A stretch of DNA of 64,000 nucleotides, taken from Candidatus Poribacteria bacterium (GTDB taxonomy: Bacteria; Poribacteria; WGA-4E; WGA-3G). The position numbers and the translations under genes are program-made. Shown piece after piece: positions 19,281-29,038 of this stretch (its first letter is position 1; each line of letters starts with the position of its first letter). The DNA is taken from the NCBI GenBank assembly GCA_963663765.2, contig CAXXUA010000002.1, forward strand, positions 1 through 64,000, read 5' to 3'. The notes beneath the pieces were generated by a model, which ran no database searches, was not told the DNA's origin, and worked only from the letters and a program-made list of their open reading frames with translations.

Positions 19281-21178
19281 AAAACATTATATCAATTCTT
19301 TTACTGATGTTAACATTCTATCAGAATGGATGGACAAAAGACTATCGACATTGGGACCTGCCTGAAGGGACTACGATGCGTCTTGGAAAAGGAAAAGTAA
19401 ATGATCTCGCTTTTTCACCGAATGGTAAACACTTTATTGTAACTGGTTCAATGGGCATTTGGGTATACGACGCACGGACCTATGAACATATTGCATTACT
19501 AACAGCAGATTTCAAGAACAGATCACATATTTCTATGGATACAATTAAATTTGCACAGAATGGTGATACGTTTTTTACGCTAAGCAGATCTCATAGTAGT
19601 GATGGTGATCTCATTCGTATATGGGATGCATATACAGGAAGGACAAAAACTCAGTTCAGAGTAGGACAGAATAGCTATATTTTTGTTCTGTCCCCCAATG
19701 GAAAAACACTTGCACATTTGAACCGTGCTAATAGAATTCAATTATGGGATACCCAAACAGGTGAACACAAAACAACCTTTGATGTAAAAGATCACAGTAA
19801 AATTACCTTCACACCTGATGGAAAGCAACTTGTTATCGCCAATACTAAAAAAACTTCAATTCAATTCTGGGATTTAGATACAAGACTAATCACAAAAACT
19901 ATCCAAGCTGATGAGAAGCATCAAGTTAATTGGTTAGCTTTTATTTCTAATACGATTCTTGCAACTGGAAAACTCAATGAATCAGTTCGCTTCTGGAGTC
20001 TATCTACAGATGAACATACCGATATAACTCTGTATGGAAATATAGAATATAGGGGTATAGCCGCATTTTCTCCTACTACAAAATGGTTAGCGAGTGTAAC
20101 AGCGGATGGAAATGTTCAATTGTGGAGTCTGGTAACAGGAAAGTCAGAAACAATATTTACCAACAATGGTTCAAATATCTCATCTATTGCATTTTCAGCT
20201 GATGGTTTAAGCATTGCACGTGCCAGTACTGATGGAAATATCTATATTGTTGATGTCAAGACGCAAAAGCAATTAGCAAAAATTACTGGTCATACAGCAT
20301 CAATAACAACACCACTAACATTCATTGATGAAGGGCAGATGTTAGCAAGTGGAGGATATATATGGAATTTAAAAACTGGTCAACCCAAAACAATATTTAT
20401 TCCAGATGTTGCATACAATTTTTATAGAGCATTTAACACATTCTCACCAGATGGAAAATTTCTTGCAACTACGAGTAGCAAATGTATATTTCTTTCCTAT
20501 GCAAACACCGGTGTAACCCGCACAATGCTTTCAGGAGAATCAGATAATCCTCCGTGTGTAGCCTTTTCTCCTGATGGGACAACACTTGCAATTGGAGGCT
20601 GGATAAAATCACGAAACAGCGGAAGACATTATGGCAATATTCGACTGTGGAACGTAATCACCGGAGAACAAAGATCTACACTTACTGATCACACCAATCG
20701 GGTAACGTGTATCGCGTTTTCTCCAGATGGGAAGGTATTGGCAAGTGGCAGCAATGACCAAACCATTTGCTTGTGGAATCCAGATACAGGCGAACTTTCA
20801 AATACACTCACAGGCCATAATAGCTCAATTAATCGTCTTGTATTCTCACCTGATGGGAAGACATTAGTAAGCGTTGCTGATAGTAGAGACAATTCTATTT
20901 GGTTATGGGATCCCCTGACCGGTAAACAAAAAGCAAAACTTATTGGTCATACATGGGGCGTAAATACTGTCGTATTTTCACCTGATGGAAAGTATCTCGC
21001 GAGTGCAAGCAGAGATAACACTATACGGTTATGGAATATTGAAACAAAAAAACAATTGAGAGTATACGAATTAGATCACAAGAATATTACTTCAATCGTT
21101 TTCTCCCCTGATGCAAAGAATTTGGTCAGTAGTAACTCAGACGGGACAATCCTTTTTTGGAATACTTCGGATCAATAG
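19277..21178 (+). CDS. Secreted WD40-repeat protein
   Basis: ATGA overlap with the upstream stop, DY.HWDLPEG..MRLGKG leader and WD40 repeats. Confidence 0.9.
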   Translation: MKNIISILLLMLTFYQNGWTKDYRHWDLPEGTTMRLGKGKVNDLAFSPNGKHFIVTGSMGIWVYDARTYEHIALLTADFKNRSHISMDTIKFAQNGDTFFTLSRSHSSDGDLIRIWDAYTGRTKTQFRVGQNSYIFVLSPNGKTLAHLNRANRIQLWDTQTGEHKTTFDVKDHSKITFTPDGKQLVIANTKKTSIQFWDLDTRLITKTIQADEKHQVNWLAFISNTILATGKLNESVRFWSLSTDEHTDITLYGNIEYRGIAAFSPTTKWLASVTADGNVQLWSLVTGKSETIFTNNGSNISSIAFSADGLSIARASTDGNIYIVDVKTQKQLAKITGHTASITTPLTFIDEGQMLASGGYIWNLKTGQPKTIFIPDVAYNFYRAFNTFSPDGKFLATTSSKCIFLSYANTGVTRTMLSGESDNPPCVAFSPDGTTLAIGGWIKSRNSGRHYGNIRLWNVITGEQRSTLTDHTNRVTCIAFSPDGKVLASGSNDQTICLWNPDTGELSNTLTGHNSSINRLVFSPDGKTLVSVADSRDNSIWLWDPLTGKQKAKLIGHTWGVNTVVFSPDGKYLASASRDNTIRLWNIETKKQLRVYELDHKNITSIVFSPDAKNLVSSNSDGTILFWNTSDQ

Positions 21179-21185
21179 GAGGTAA

Positions 21186-23318
21186 GTGATGAAATATATC
21201 ATACCGATTCTAACACTAATATGTATCTCAAACGGTTTTACACAGATCAACGTAATTGATTCAGGTTACACCTATTGGGGATTACCAAAGGGCGCAAAAG
21301 CACGTATCGGGAAAAGTTCTTTAGCAGGAACTAATGCTATCACACTCTCTCCTGATGGTACTCAGTTGGCTGCCGCTTCTGAAATAGGAGTGTGGATTTA
21401 TGATACCAGCACTTCTAAGGTTATCGGACTGCTACAGGAACATTCAGGGAAGGTGACTTCTGCCGCGTTCTCCACAGATGGCAAAACACTTGCAACCGGA
21501 GGTGTAGACACAACGATACGTTTGTATGTTACTGAAACACTTGAGCATAAGTCAACATTAAACGGACATGTAGGGAGTGTTACACTTTTGAAGTTTCTAC
21601 CTGATGGAAAGACACTTGCGAGCGGTAGTCGAGACGACACTATACGATTGTGGAACTTAAATACGGGAAAACTGAAATACACACTCAGTGGACATTCCAA
21701 TGGGGTCAATTCTATTACTCTTTCTCAAGATGGAAATTTACTTGCAAGCAAAGGTTGGCTAAAAAACCTACTGTGGGACACAAAAACTGGTAAACGTGTG
21801 GCTGTATTTCAACAGAAAACTGCAATGGGAAGAAATAAAGTTGCTTATGGTGCTTTGTCACCTGATGGAAAAATACTCGCAAGTTGGAGTGGCACCCCAG
21901 GTATCCGATTGTGGGACACACATACAGCTCAACATTTCACGACATTAAAACATGCAGAACAGCCATGGTATTCTGCCGTTGCATTGTCACCTGATGGAAA
22001 AACTCTCGCAAGTAATAGTAGCAAAAGAAATGAAATACTCCTATGGAATTTGAATACTAATGAACCCAATGCCACTCTAACTGGAGATGTTGAAAGTATA
22101 TCGAAAATTGTCTTTTCACCTGATGGAAGGACAATTGCAGGTTATTCGTCCAAGCACATCCAATTTTGGGACATAAAAACTTATAAATCACTTATGAGTT
22201 TTCCTTTGAATTCTTATTTATATTCGCTAATTTTTTCGGATGATGGAAAAATTAGCGCAGCACATAATCGCGAGGAAATCCATATATGGGATGTACATAC
22301 TGGTCAACAGAAATTTGTCTTGACAGGACACCAAGAATTTGGATCTTCTGTCTCCTATTTATCTGACGGATCGACGCTTGCATGTAAGAAATACAGCACT
22401 ATGTATCTGCTTGATACAAAAACGGGAAAAACACGCACGAAAATCCAAGTGAACTACACACCTACCTTTTCTCCAGATGCAAAAATGTGTGCAATAAAAA
22501 AATATAAGAAACCAATCCAATTATGGGATACTAAGACTGGAACTCTCAAAATTACTTTACCTGAAACAACAGATAAAGACTATATTACAATCGTATTTTC
22601 ACCCGATAGTAAAATGCTCGCAAATAGCGGAAACGATGGAAAAATCTATATCTGTGATATACCAACTGCATCAATTACAAACACAATACCTATACATATA
22701 TCAAGCAACAATGATGTGATCTTTCTCCCAGAAAATAAAATGCTTGTAATTAGAAACATAAATGGGGAAGTTCAACTATGGGATCTCGGTAATGGTAAAT
22801 TAAAGCAAACACTTACAACACAAAAAGAAGTGATAAGTTATATCACGTATTCCCCACATGCTGATGCTTTAGCCGGTGTAGATCATAACGGAAATATACA
22901 CTTATGGGATTTAGAAACATGGACTCTCCAGTTTAAACTTAGTACTGAAAATGGTACAGCAACGTACATAAGGTTCTCTCCAGATGGAAAGACACTATTA
23001 AGTTTTAGTGGACGCTTTGTTAACTCTATCATGTTTTGGGATGTGGGAACAGGTAGATTAAAAGGAACTCTAAATAAGGAAATAGAATACAGATTTCCCC
23101 TGCAGTTTTCACCTAATGGAAAATTCCTAATGACATTAAGTAAGGAAAGGAAATCAATTTTACTGTGGAATGTCATGACGCGAACTCATATTGCAACATT
23201 AACGCTAAACATGGGTGAAGTATCGTCATATTCAATATCAACAGATAGCAAAACATTGGCAAGTATAAGTGATAACGGTTCAATTATATTTTGGGATCTT
23301 ACAAAGTACCAAAAATAA
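21186..23318 (+). CDS. Secreted WD40-repeat protein
   Basis: GGAGG RBS, signal peptide, YTYWGLPKGAKARIGK leader and WD40 repeats. Confidence 0.9.
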   Translation: MMKYIIPILTLICISNGFTQINVIDSGYTYWGLPKGAKARIGKSSLAGTNAITLSPDGTQLAAASEIGVWIYDTSTSKVIGLLQEHSGKVTSAAFSTDGKTLATGGVDTTIRLYVTETLEHKSTLNGHVGSVTLLKFLPDGKTLASGSRDDTIRLWNLNTGKLKYTLSGHSNGVNSITLSQDGNLLASKGWLKNLLWDTKTGKRVAVFQQKTAMGRNKVAYGALSPDGKILASWSGTPGIRLWDTHTAQHFTTLKHAEQPWYSAVALSPDGKTLASNSSKRNEILLWNLNTNEPNATLTGDVESISKIVFSPDGRTIAGYSSKHIQFWDIKTYKSLMSFPLNSYLYSLIFSDDGKISAAHNREEIHIWDVHTGQQKFVLTGHQEFGSSVSYLSDGSTLACKKYSTMYLLDTKTGKTRTKIQVNYTPTFSPDAKMCAIKKYKKPIQLWDTKTGTLKITLPETTDKDYITIVFSPDSKMLANSGNDGKIYICDIPTASITNTIPIHISSNNDVIFLPENKMLVIRNINGEVQLWDLGNGKLKQTLTTQKEVISYITYSPHADALAGVDHNGNIHLWDLETWTLQFKLSTENGTATYIRFSPDGKTLLSFSGRFVNSIMFWDVGTGRLKGTLNKEIEYRFPLQFSPNGKFLMTLSKERKSILLWNVMTRTHIATLTLNMGEVSSYSISTDSKTLASISDNGSIIFWDLTKYQK

Positions 23319-23355
23319 TACGTCCTATTGTAAATCTAAAAGGGAGACATAAGGG

Positions 23356-25524
23356 ATGAGACAATTTCATTTAGTTGTGTTTTCATGTATATTGTTTACT
23401 TTCTTATCCAATGGTTTTGGTAAAGACATAACACAGATTGGCTTACCAGAACATGCAAAATCACGCATTGGTATAGGAAATGCATACGATGTTTCTTATT
23501 CTCCTGATGGAACACTTCTTGCAGTGGCATCAACAATCGGTATTTGGCTGTATGAAACGGAAACCTACAAACCCCTTACGCTCCTTAGAGGACATACAGC
23601 GAGTGTACTAAATGTAGAATTTTCTACTGATGGAAAGACGCTTGCCAGCGGAAGTCATGACCACACGATTCGGATCTGGGATCCTAAAAACCATCAAATG
23701 ATCACTGTTCTGAAAGGACATCAGAAACCGATAACAGACATCACAATTTCACCTGATAAAAAAACTTTAGCAAGTTTTGGTTATCGTGATAATTCTGTCC
23801 AGTTGTGGAATACAGAATCTGGACAAACAATAGGTTCCCTAACGGAAAAAATAACGGGTGTCGTATCAATAGCATTTTCGCCTGAAGGTAAGATAATTGC
23901 TGTTGGTGATGTAAACGGAGAGGTATTGCTCTATTCTACAAAGACAAAAGCAAACATTGCTTCCCTTATAGGACATGTAAATGCCCCCAGCGATATAGAT
24001 GAACCTGGTTCAGTTACTTCGTTGGCATTTTCGCCAGATGGTAAAACGCTTGCAAGTGGCAGCAGAGATACAACTATTAGATTATGGAACACTAAAACTG
24101 CAAGACATATTGTAACACTTAGAGGACACACTGGTAGAATCACTACAATCGTATTTTCTTCAGATGGTAATACAATTGCAAGTGGAGCATCTTCCACGCA
24201 TTGGTCTTCAGATACTACTATTCAATTGTGGGATGCAAAAACCGGAAGAAACATAAGTTCCATAGAAACCCAAAATAGAAATTACTCATTAGCATTTTCA
24301 CCAGACAATGTAACTTTAGCAAGTATAGGTAGTTATAGTTATGTAAGTATATGGAAGATAAATACAGGTAAACTGAAAACCAAACTAAAAGCACAACAAA
24401 AGCAGTCTATACCAAAAAGAACTTACACAGATGGCGATAATAGAATTTATAGAAATGATGACGGGACATACAGGCTATTAAATATAGAAACCAATGAGCA
24501 GAAACCAATTTTAATAGACTTCAATTCGTCAATCAATAGGATAAAATTCTCACCAGATGGAAAACTATTAGCAATTCCTGATGATAGAACAATATGGTTG
24601 TGGGATGTTCAAACAGACACACTCAGAGCAACACTTACCGACAATACTTATTTGCTATCATCAATCAAGTTTTCACCCGATGGAAACTTTCTGTCAACTG
24701 CAACGCGCAATTCAGTTAATCTGTGGAATACAAAAACTGGAGGTATGATAGCAACCTATATGATTGAAAGTTCATCTAATACTTTCAAACACGAATTTTC
24801 TACAGACAGCAAATTGCTTGCAACCCCAATCCAAAAGGGAAAAATGATTCAAATGTGGGATTCCGAAACAGGACATCCACAGTTTTTACTTTTAGGTCAT
24901 GACAGAGAGGTTACCGCAATTCTATTCTCCTCTGATGGTAATACAATTATTAGCAGATCTTATGAGAAAGTTATCTTATGGGAAGCTAAAACTGGAAAAC
25001 GCATAACGACCATTAAAAGTCCTAAAGGATACAACCTATCACTTCAATTCTCACCTGATGAAAAAATATTAGTCGGTAATGCAAACTCCAGTGATTCACA
25101 AGTAGGAAAGAATACAATTTGGATTTGGGATCCCAAAACCGGACTGCAACTAAATACATTAAATGAACATGAAGAAGCAGTTACAAGTGTACAATTTGCA
25201 CCAGATAATAAAACATTGGTAAGTGGCAGCTTTGATAAAACCATTCGCTTTTGGAACGTTGAAACTGGACAACTTCTCACTACATTTAAGGGATATAAAC
25301 CGCGTGCTCCAATAACTATTTCGCCCGATGGAAGATTATTAGCATGTGGTAGCGAGAATGCAAAAGTTCTTGTGTGGGATATTCGCAGTGGAGAACTAAA
25401 AAAGTCGTTTAATTCCTACAATCCTGTCCAATCTATAATATTTTCTGATGATGTTAATACATTGACGACTAAAGGTGCAGATGGAACAACGCTTCTGTGG
25501 GATTTACAAGAAAAGAACCACTAA
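23356..25524 (+). CDS. Secreted WD40-repeat protein
   Basis: Signal peptide, DITQIGLPEHAKSRIG leader and WD40 repeats. Confidence 0.9.
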   Translation: MRQFHLVVFSCILFTFLSNGFGKDITQIGLPEHAKSRIGIGNAYDVSYSPDGTLLAVASTIGIWLYETETYKPLTLLRGHTASVLNVEFSTDGKTLASGSHDHTIRIWDPKNHQMITVLKGHQKPITDITISPDKKTLASFGYRDNSVQLWNTESGQTIGSLTEKITGVVSIAFSPEGKIIAVGDVNGEVLLYSTKTKANIASLIGHVNAPSDIDEPGSVTSLAFSPDGKTLASGSRDTTIRLWNTKTARHIVTLRGHTGRITTIVFSSDGNTIASGASSTHWSSDTTIQLWDAKTGRNISSIETQNRNYSLAFSPDNVTLASIGSYSYVSIWKINTGKLKTKLKAQQKQSIPKRTYTDGDNRIYRNDDGTYRLLNIETNEQKPILIDFNSSINRIKFSPDGKLLAIPDDRTIWLWDVQTDTLRATLTDNTYLLSSIKFSPDGNFLSTATRNSVNLWNTKTGGMIATYMIESSSNTFKHEFSTDSKLLATPIQKGKMIQMWDSETGHPQFLLLGHDREVTAILFSSDGNTIISRSYEKVILWEAKTGKRITTIKSPKGYNLSLQFSPDEKILVGNANSSDSQVGKNTIWIWDPKTGLQLNTLNEHEEAVTSVQFAPDNKTLVSGSFDKTIRFWNVETGQLLTTFKGYKPRAPITISPDGRLLACGSENAKVLVWDIRSGELKKSFNSYNPVQSIIFSDDVNTLTTKGADGTTLLWDLQEKNH

Positions 25525-25645
25525 AAGGAATATTACACGTTCAATCTCATTCTCACCAGATATAAAACGGTTAGCACGTACAACCCCAGGCAATCTCCGT
25601 TCAGATGTGATTAGGTTCTACTAGATCTCAATTGACAAATTACAA

Positions 25646-26741
25646 ATGCAAATTAACGCTTTACTTCAAACTAAAACATTAGGAGTTCTGGTCTATAAGG
25701 CGCATAAAGAACTTGTGAGATCAACACATTTTTCTCCAGATGGGAAAACAATAGCAACAATAAGTAACAGCGAAATTGTTTTGTGGGATGCAATAAAAGG
25801 GAAACACAAAACTATTTTGAAGGAACCACCGACACAGTTCTATTCATTTGCTTTCTCACCTGACAACAGGACAATTGCAACCGGTGATGGATGGAATAAC
25901 AATCAAGTCCGTTTGTGGGATACTCATACCGGTAAACTAAAGTCAGCACTTAAAGGACATAACGCTTGGATAGATTCCCTTGCCTACTCTCCTGATGGAA
26001 TGTTATTGGTGAGCGGCAGCAGGGACGGCATGATACGCGTATGGAACCCAAAAACTGGGGAACATAGGATGACTCTGGAGGGTCATACAAAGAAAATTTA
26101 TAGAATTGTTTTTTCTCCAAATGGAAAATTGTTTGCCAGTGCAAGTCAAGATAACACGTTGATTTTGTGGGATATGTTGTCAACAATACAAGAAGGGAAA
26201 CCTCAAACAATATTTAAAGTAAATACTACAAGTACCTACCACCTAAAGTTTTCTCTGAATAATAAAACACTCGTGAGTGGAGGTGGTGATAAAACAATAC
26301 GTCTGTGGGACACAAAAACTGGTCAAAGCAAGACTGCACTTCAAGGGCATACATCTTATATTGACTTCCTTGATTTTTCACCAGATGGACAAACATTGAT
26401 CAGCGGCAGTAGAGATTTCACTGTTCGATTATGGGATGAAAACAGGTACAATTCGCACTATCCTTGATAAGAATAGAGAACCATGGTCACAGATTCTGAT
26501 TTCACCCCATGGAAGAACATTAGTTACTCATGAAGACAGCGTAGCTTTCCATGTATGGAATCTGAAAACAGGTACACTCCGTTTTAGCATAAAAGCAAAA
26601 TATGTTGAATTTGATACCTTTGCGTTTATACACGGAGGATCAACACTCATCAGTATGGATTGGAATGATACTTTGCATGTATGGGATGCAGAGACAGGTG
26701 AATTCCAGATGAAAATCAAAACGCAGCACAAAATCAGATAA
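25646..26741 (+). pseudogene. 5'-truncated, frameshifted WD40 gene homologous to the C-terminal half of 29039-31291
   Basis: No signal peptide or leader. Shares GWNNN and ISPHGRTL motifs with 29039-31291. Apparent 1-nt deletion near 26438; degenerate WD40 remnants at 25530-25600. Confidence 0.8.
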
Positions 26742-26805
26742 AGATTTTGTAGGTGCGTAAGCCAGAAACCGGTCCGATGATTGACCAGCTGCTGCCAATG
26801 ACATA
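26734..26805 (-). pseudogene. Fragment: last 23 codons plus stop of the DUF6785-like gene (homologous to 31284-31355)
   Basis: YVIGSSWSIIGPVSGLRTYKIFI* vs YVIGSSWAIIGPVSGLRTYKIFI*; 4 synonymous changes and 1 conservative change. Confidence 0.9.
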
Positions 26806-26905
26806 AATCACTTTGAGCAATATTACTATAGCAATTAACACATTTGAATTTTGCATATCAAATCCTTAAGCAATATCAGAAGGAATTATAATTCAGAGAT
26901 AAACC

Positions 26906-29014
26906 ATGAGATACCTATTGGTGTATTTATTTACAATTTTGCTTTTATTGCCATTCGTTCATGCACAAGATTATACGCGCTGGGATTTACCCGATGGAGC
27001 ATTAGCACGTCTCGGTAAAGGCAGCATAATCGGTGATATTGTGTTTTCACCTGACAGCAAAATGCTTGCAATACCGAGTTCAATTGGGATATGGTTGTAT
27101 GATGCACAAACCTATAAAGAACTTGCGCTACTGAAAGGAAATACATCAAGAAATAAAAAAATAGAGTTTTCACCTAATGGTACAATCCTTGTCAGTGTTG
27201 ATGGTAGGGTGAATAATACTATTCGACTGTGGAATTTGTCAAACACTACAGATATTGTTAAACAAAAAGCAATCGAAATTAAACAAAAGAGCGATATTTC
27301 ATCAATTGCATTTTCACCTATTGGAGGAACGCTTGCCACCGTATGTAATGACAATACGGTAGTTTTATGCAATTCTCATACTGGTCATCATAAAAATACA
27401 CTAAAAGGACATACGAATCGTATCTCTTCAATTGCATTTGCAACCAATAACGTTATGTTGGCAAGTGGAAGTATTGATGGAACTGTCCGACTATGGAACT
27501 TGAAAACTGGGATACAGATGCATTTGCTAAATACAAATGGTAATCCTGTCAATGCAATAGCATTCTCAGGAGATAATAGTATACTTGCTTATAATACTTA
27601 TGAAGGACCTTTACATCAAAATAGAATCCGCTTCTGGAATGTGACAACTAAAACAAAAACACCAATTGTTATAGACAATGTTCACAACATCACTTCACTT
27701 GTGTTCTCTCCAAATAGGAAAACCATTGTTGGTATTGGGGAATTTGAAACAAGAATTTGGGATATAAAAACAGGTAAGCAGATACAAAAGTATCTGGGGA
27801 GTTTTACGATCTCCCCAGATTGGACACAATTCGCAAGTACGCAACGTGATAAAATACTGTTGTGGAATTCAATAACCGGTAAACATGTTAAGACGTTCAC
27901 TTGATATAATAAAGATGCAAGGAACGTAGTCTTTTCTCCTGACAGCAAAAAAATTGCAAACGGCAATAGTATCTGGGATATTGAAACTGACAAATATACT
28001 GCAATCAATGAAGAACATGTTTCAATAGGACGCTATATTAGGTTCACCCATGACAGCAAAACGCTTGCCAGTCACAGTTACCGGACATCAATGTGGTTCT
28101 GGAATGTTAAAACCGGAAAACAAATCGCCAAATTTGAAGGTGATATTTTCGCATTATCTTCAGATGGCAAAATGGTAGCATCCGGATTCAGAAACAGAAA
28201 TGTCACTCATCCGATTCAAGTGTGGGACACAAAAACGGGTAAACCGAAATTTTCTATTCACGCAAAACACCAGAGAGAAACCAATATACTAACCTTTTCA
28301 CCTGACAACAAAACGTTGGTTAGCAGCTGTGCCCCAAACGAGAAACTCAAAATATGGGACGCAAACTCTGCCAAACTTCAACAAACAATTTCTATTAAAC
28401 CTTATAATAGTAGTTACTTGACGTTTTCACCTGATAGCCAACTATTGGTAACTTGGAGTAGTATAAATATTGAGATGTGGGATTTCAAAAACGCAGAACA
28501 CATTACAACACTTAAAGGCCATACTGATGATGTAAACTTCATCCGATTTTCATCGAATGGTCTTATACTCGCAAGTGCAAGTACTGATGAGACTGTTTAC
28601 TTATGGAATACTAAGACAGGGAAACACATAGTAACATTATTTGGCCATACAGACAGAATAACTTCAATGGCATTTTCCTGTGATGGAAAAACCTTAGCAA
28701 CAGCAAGTAATGACGCGACAATACGGTTATGGAATACAAAAAATGGAAAACACAAGACGACTTTGGTTGGACACACAAGAAATATTAATACTGTAACATT
28801 TTCTCCAGATGGAAAAACGTTTGTAAGTACAAGTGATGATGGAACAATACGGTTCTGGGACACAAAAACATGGCATCATAAATTAACTCTTAATGTAGAA
28901 CCAGATATTGTTTTTCATGTAGCATTTTCTCCTGATGGAAAAATGTTAGCGATTGGTGGCGATACGATTCTCTTATGGAAATTAACTGATGTAATACGAA
29001 TGCAAAGTAGGTAA
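26906..29014 (+). pseudogene. WD40 gene interrupted by one in-frame TGA (27902-27904)
   Basis: The reading frame stays open for 62 codons after the TGA and joins ORF 28091-29014 in frame. The TGA sits where the Gly (GGA) of a WD40 'TGH'-like motif is expected. Confidence 0.85.
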
Positions 29015-29038
29015 CAGTGTTTGAGGAGATGAACATAG

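Noticed and set aside
27902-27904. Selenocysteine or genome-wide TGA recoding
   Set aside because: The position corresponds to a structural Gly, no SECIS-like hairpin was noticed, and TGA terminates other genes such as ispG.
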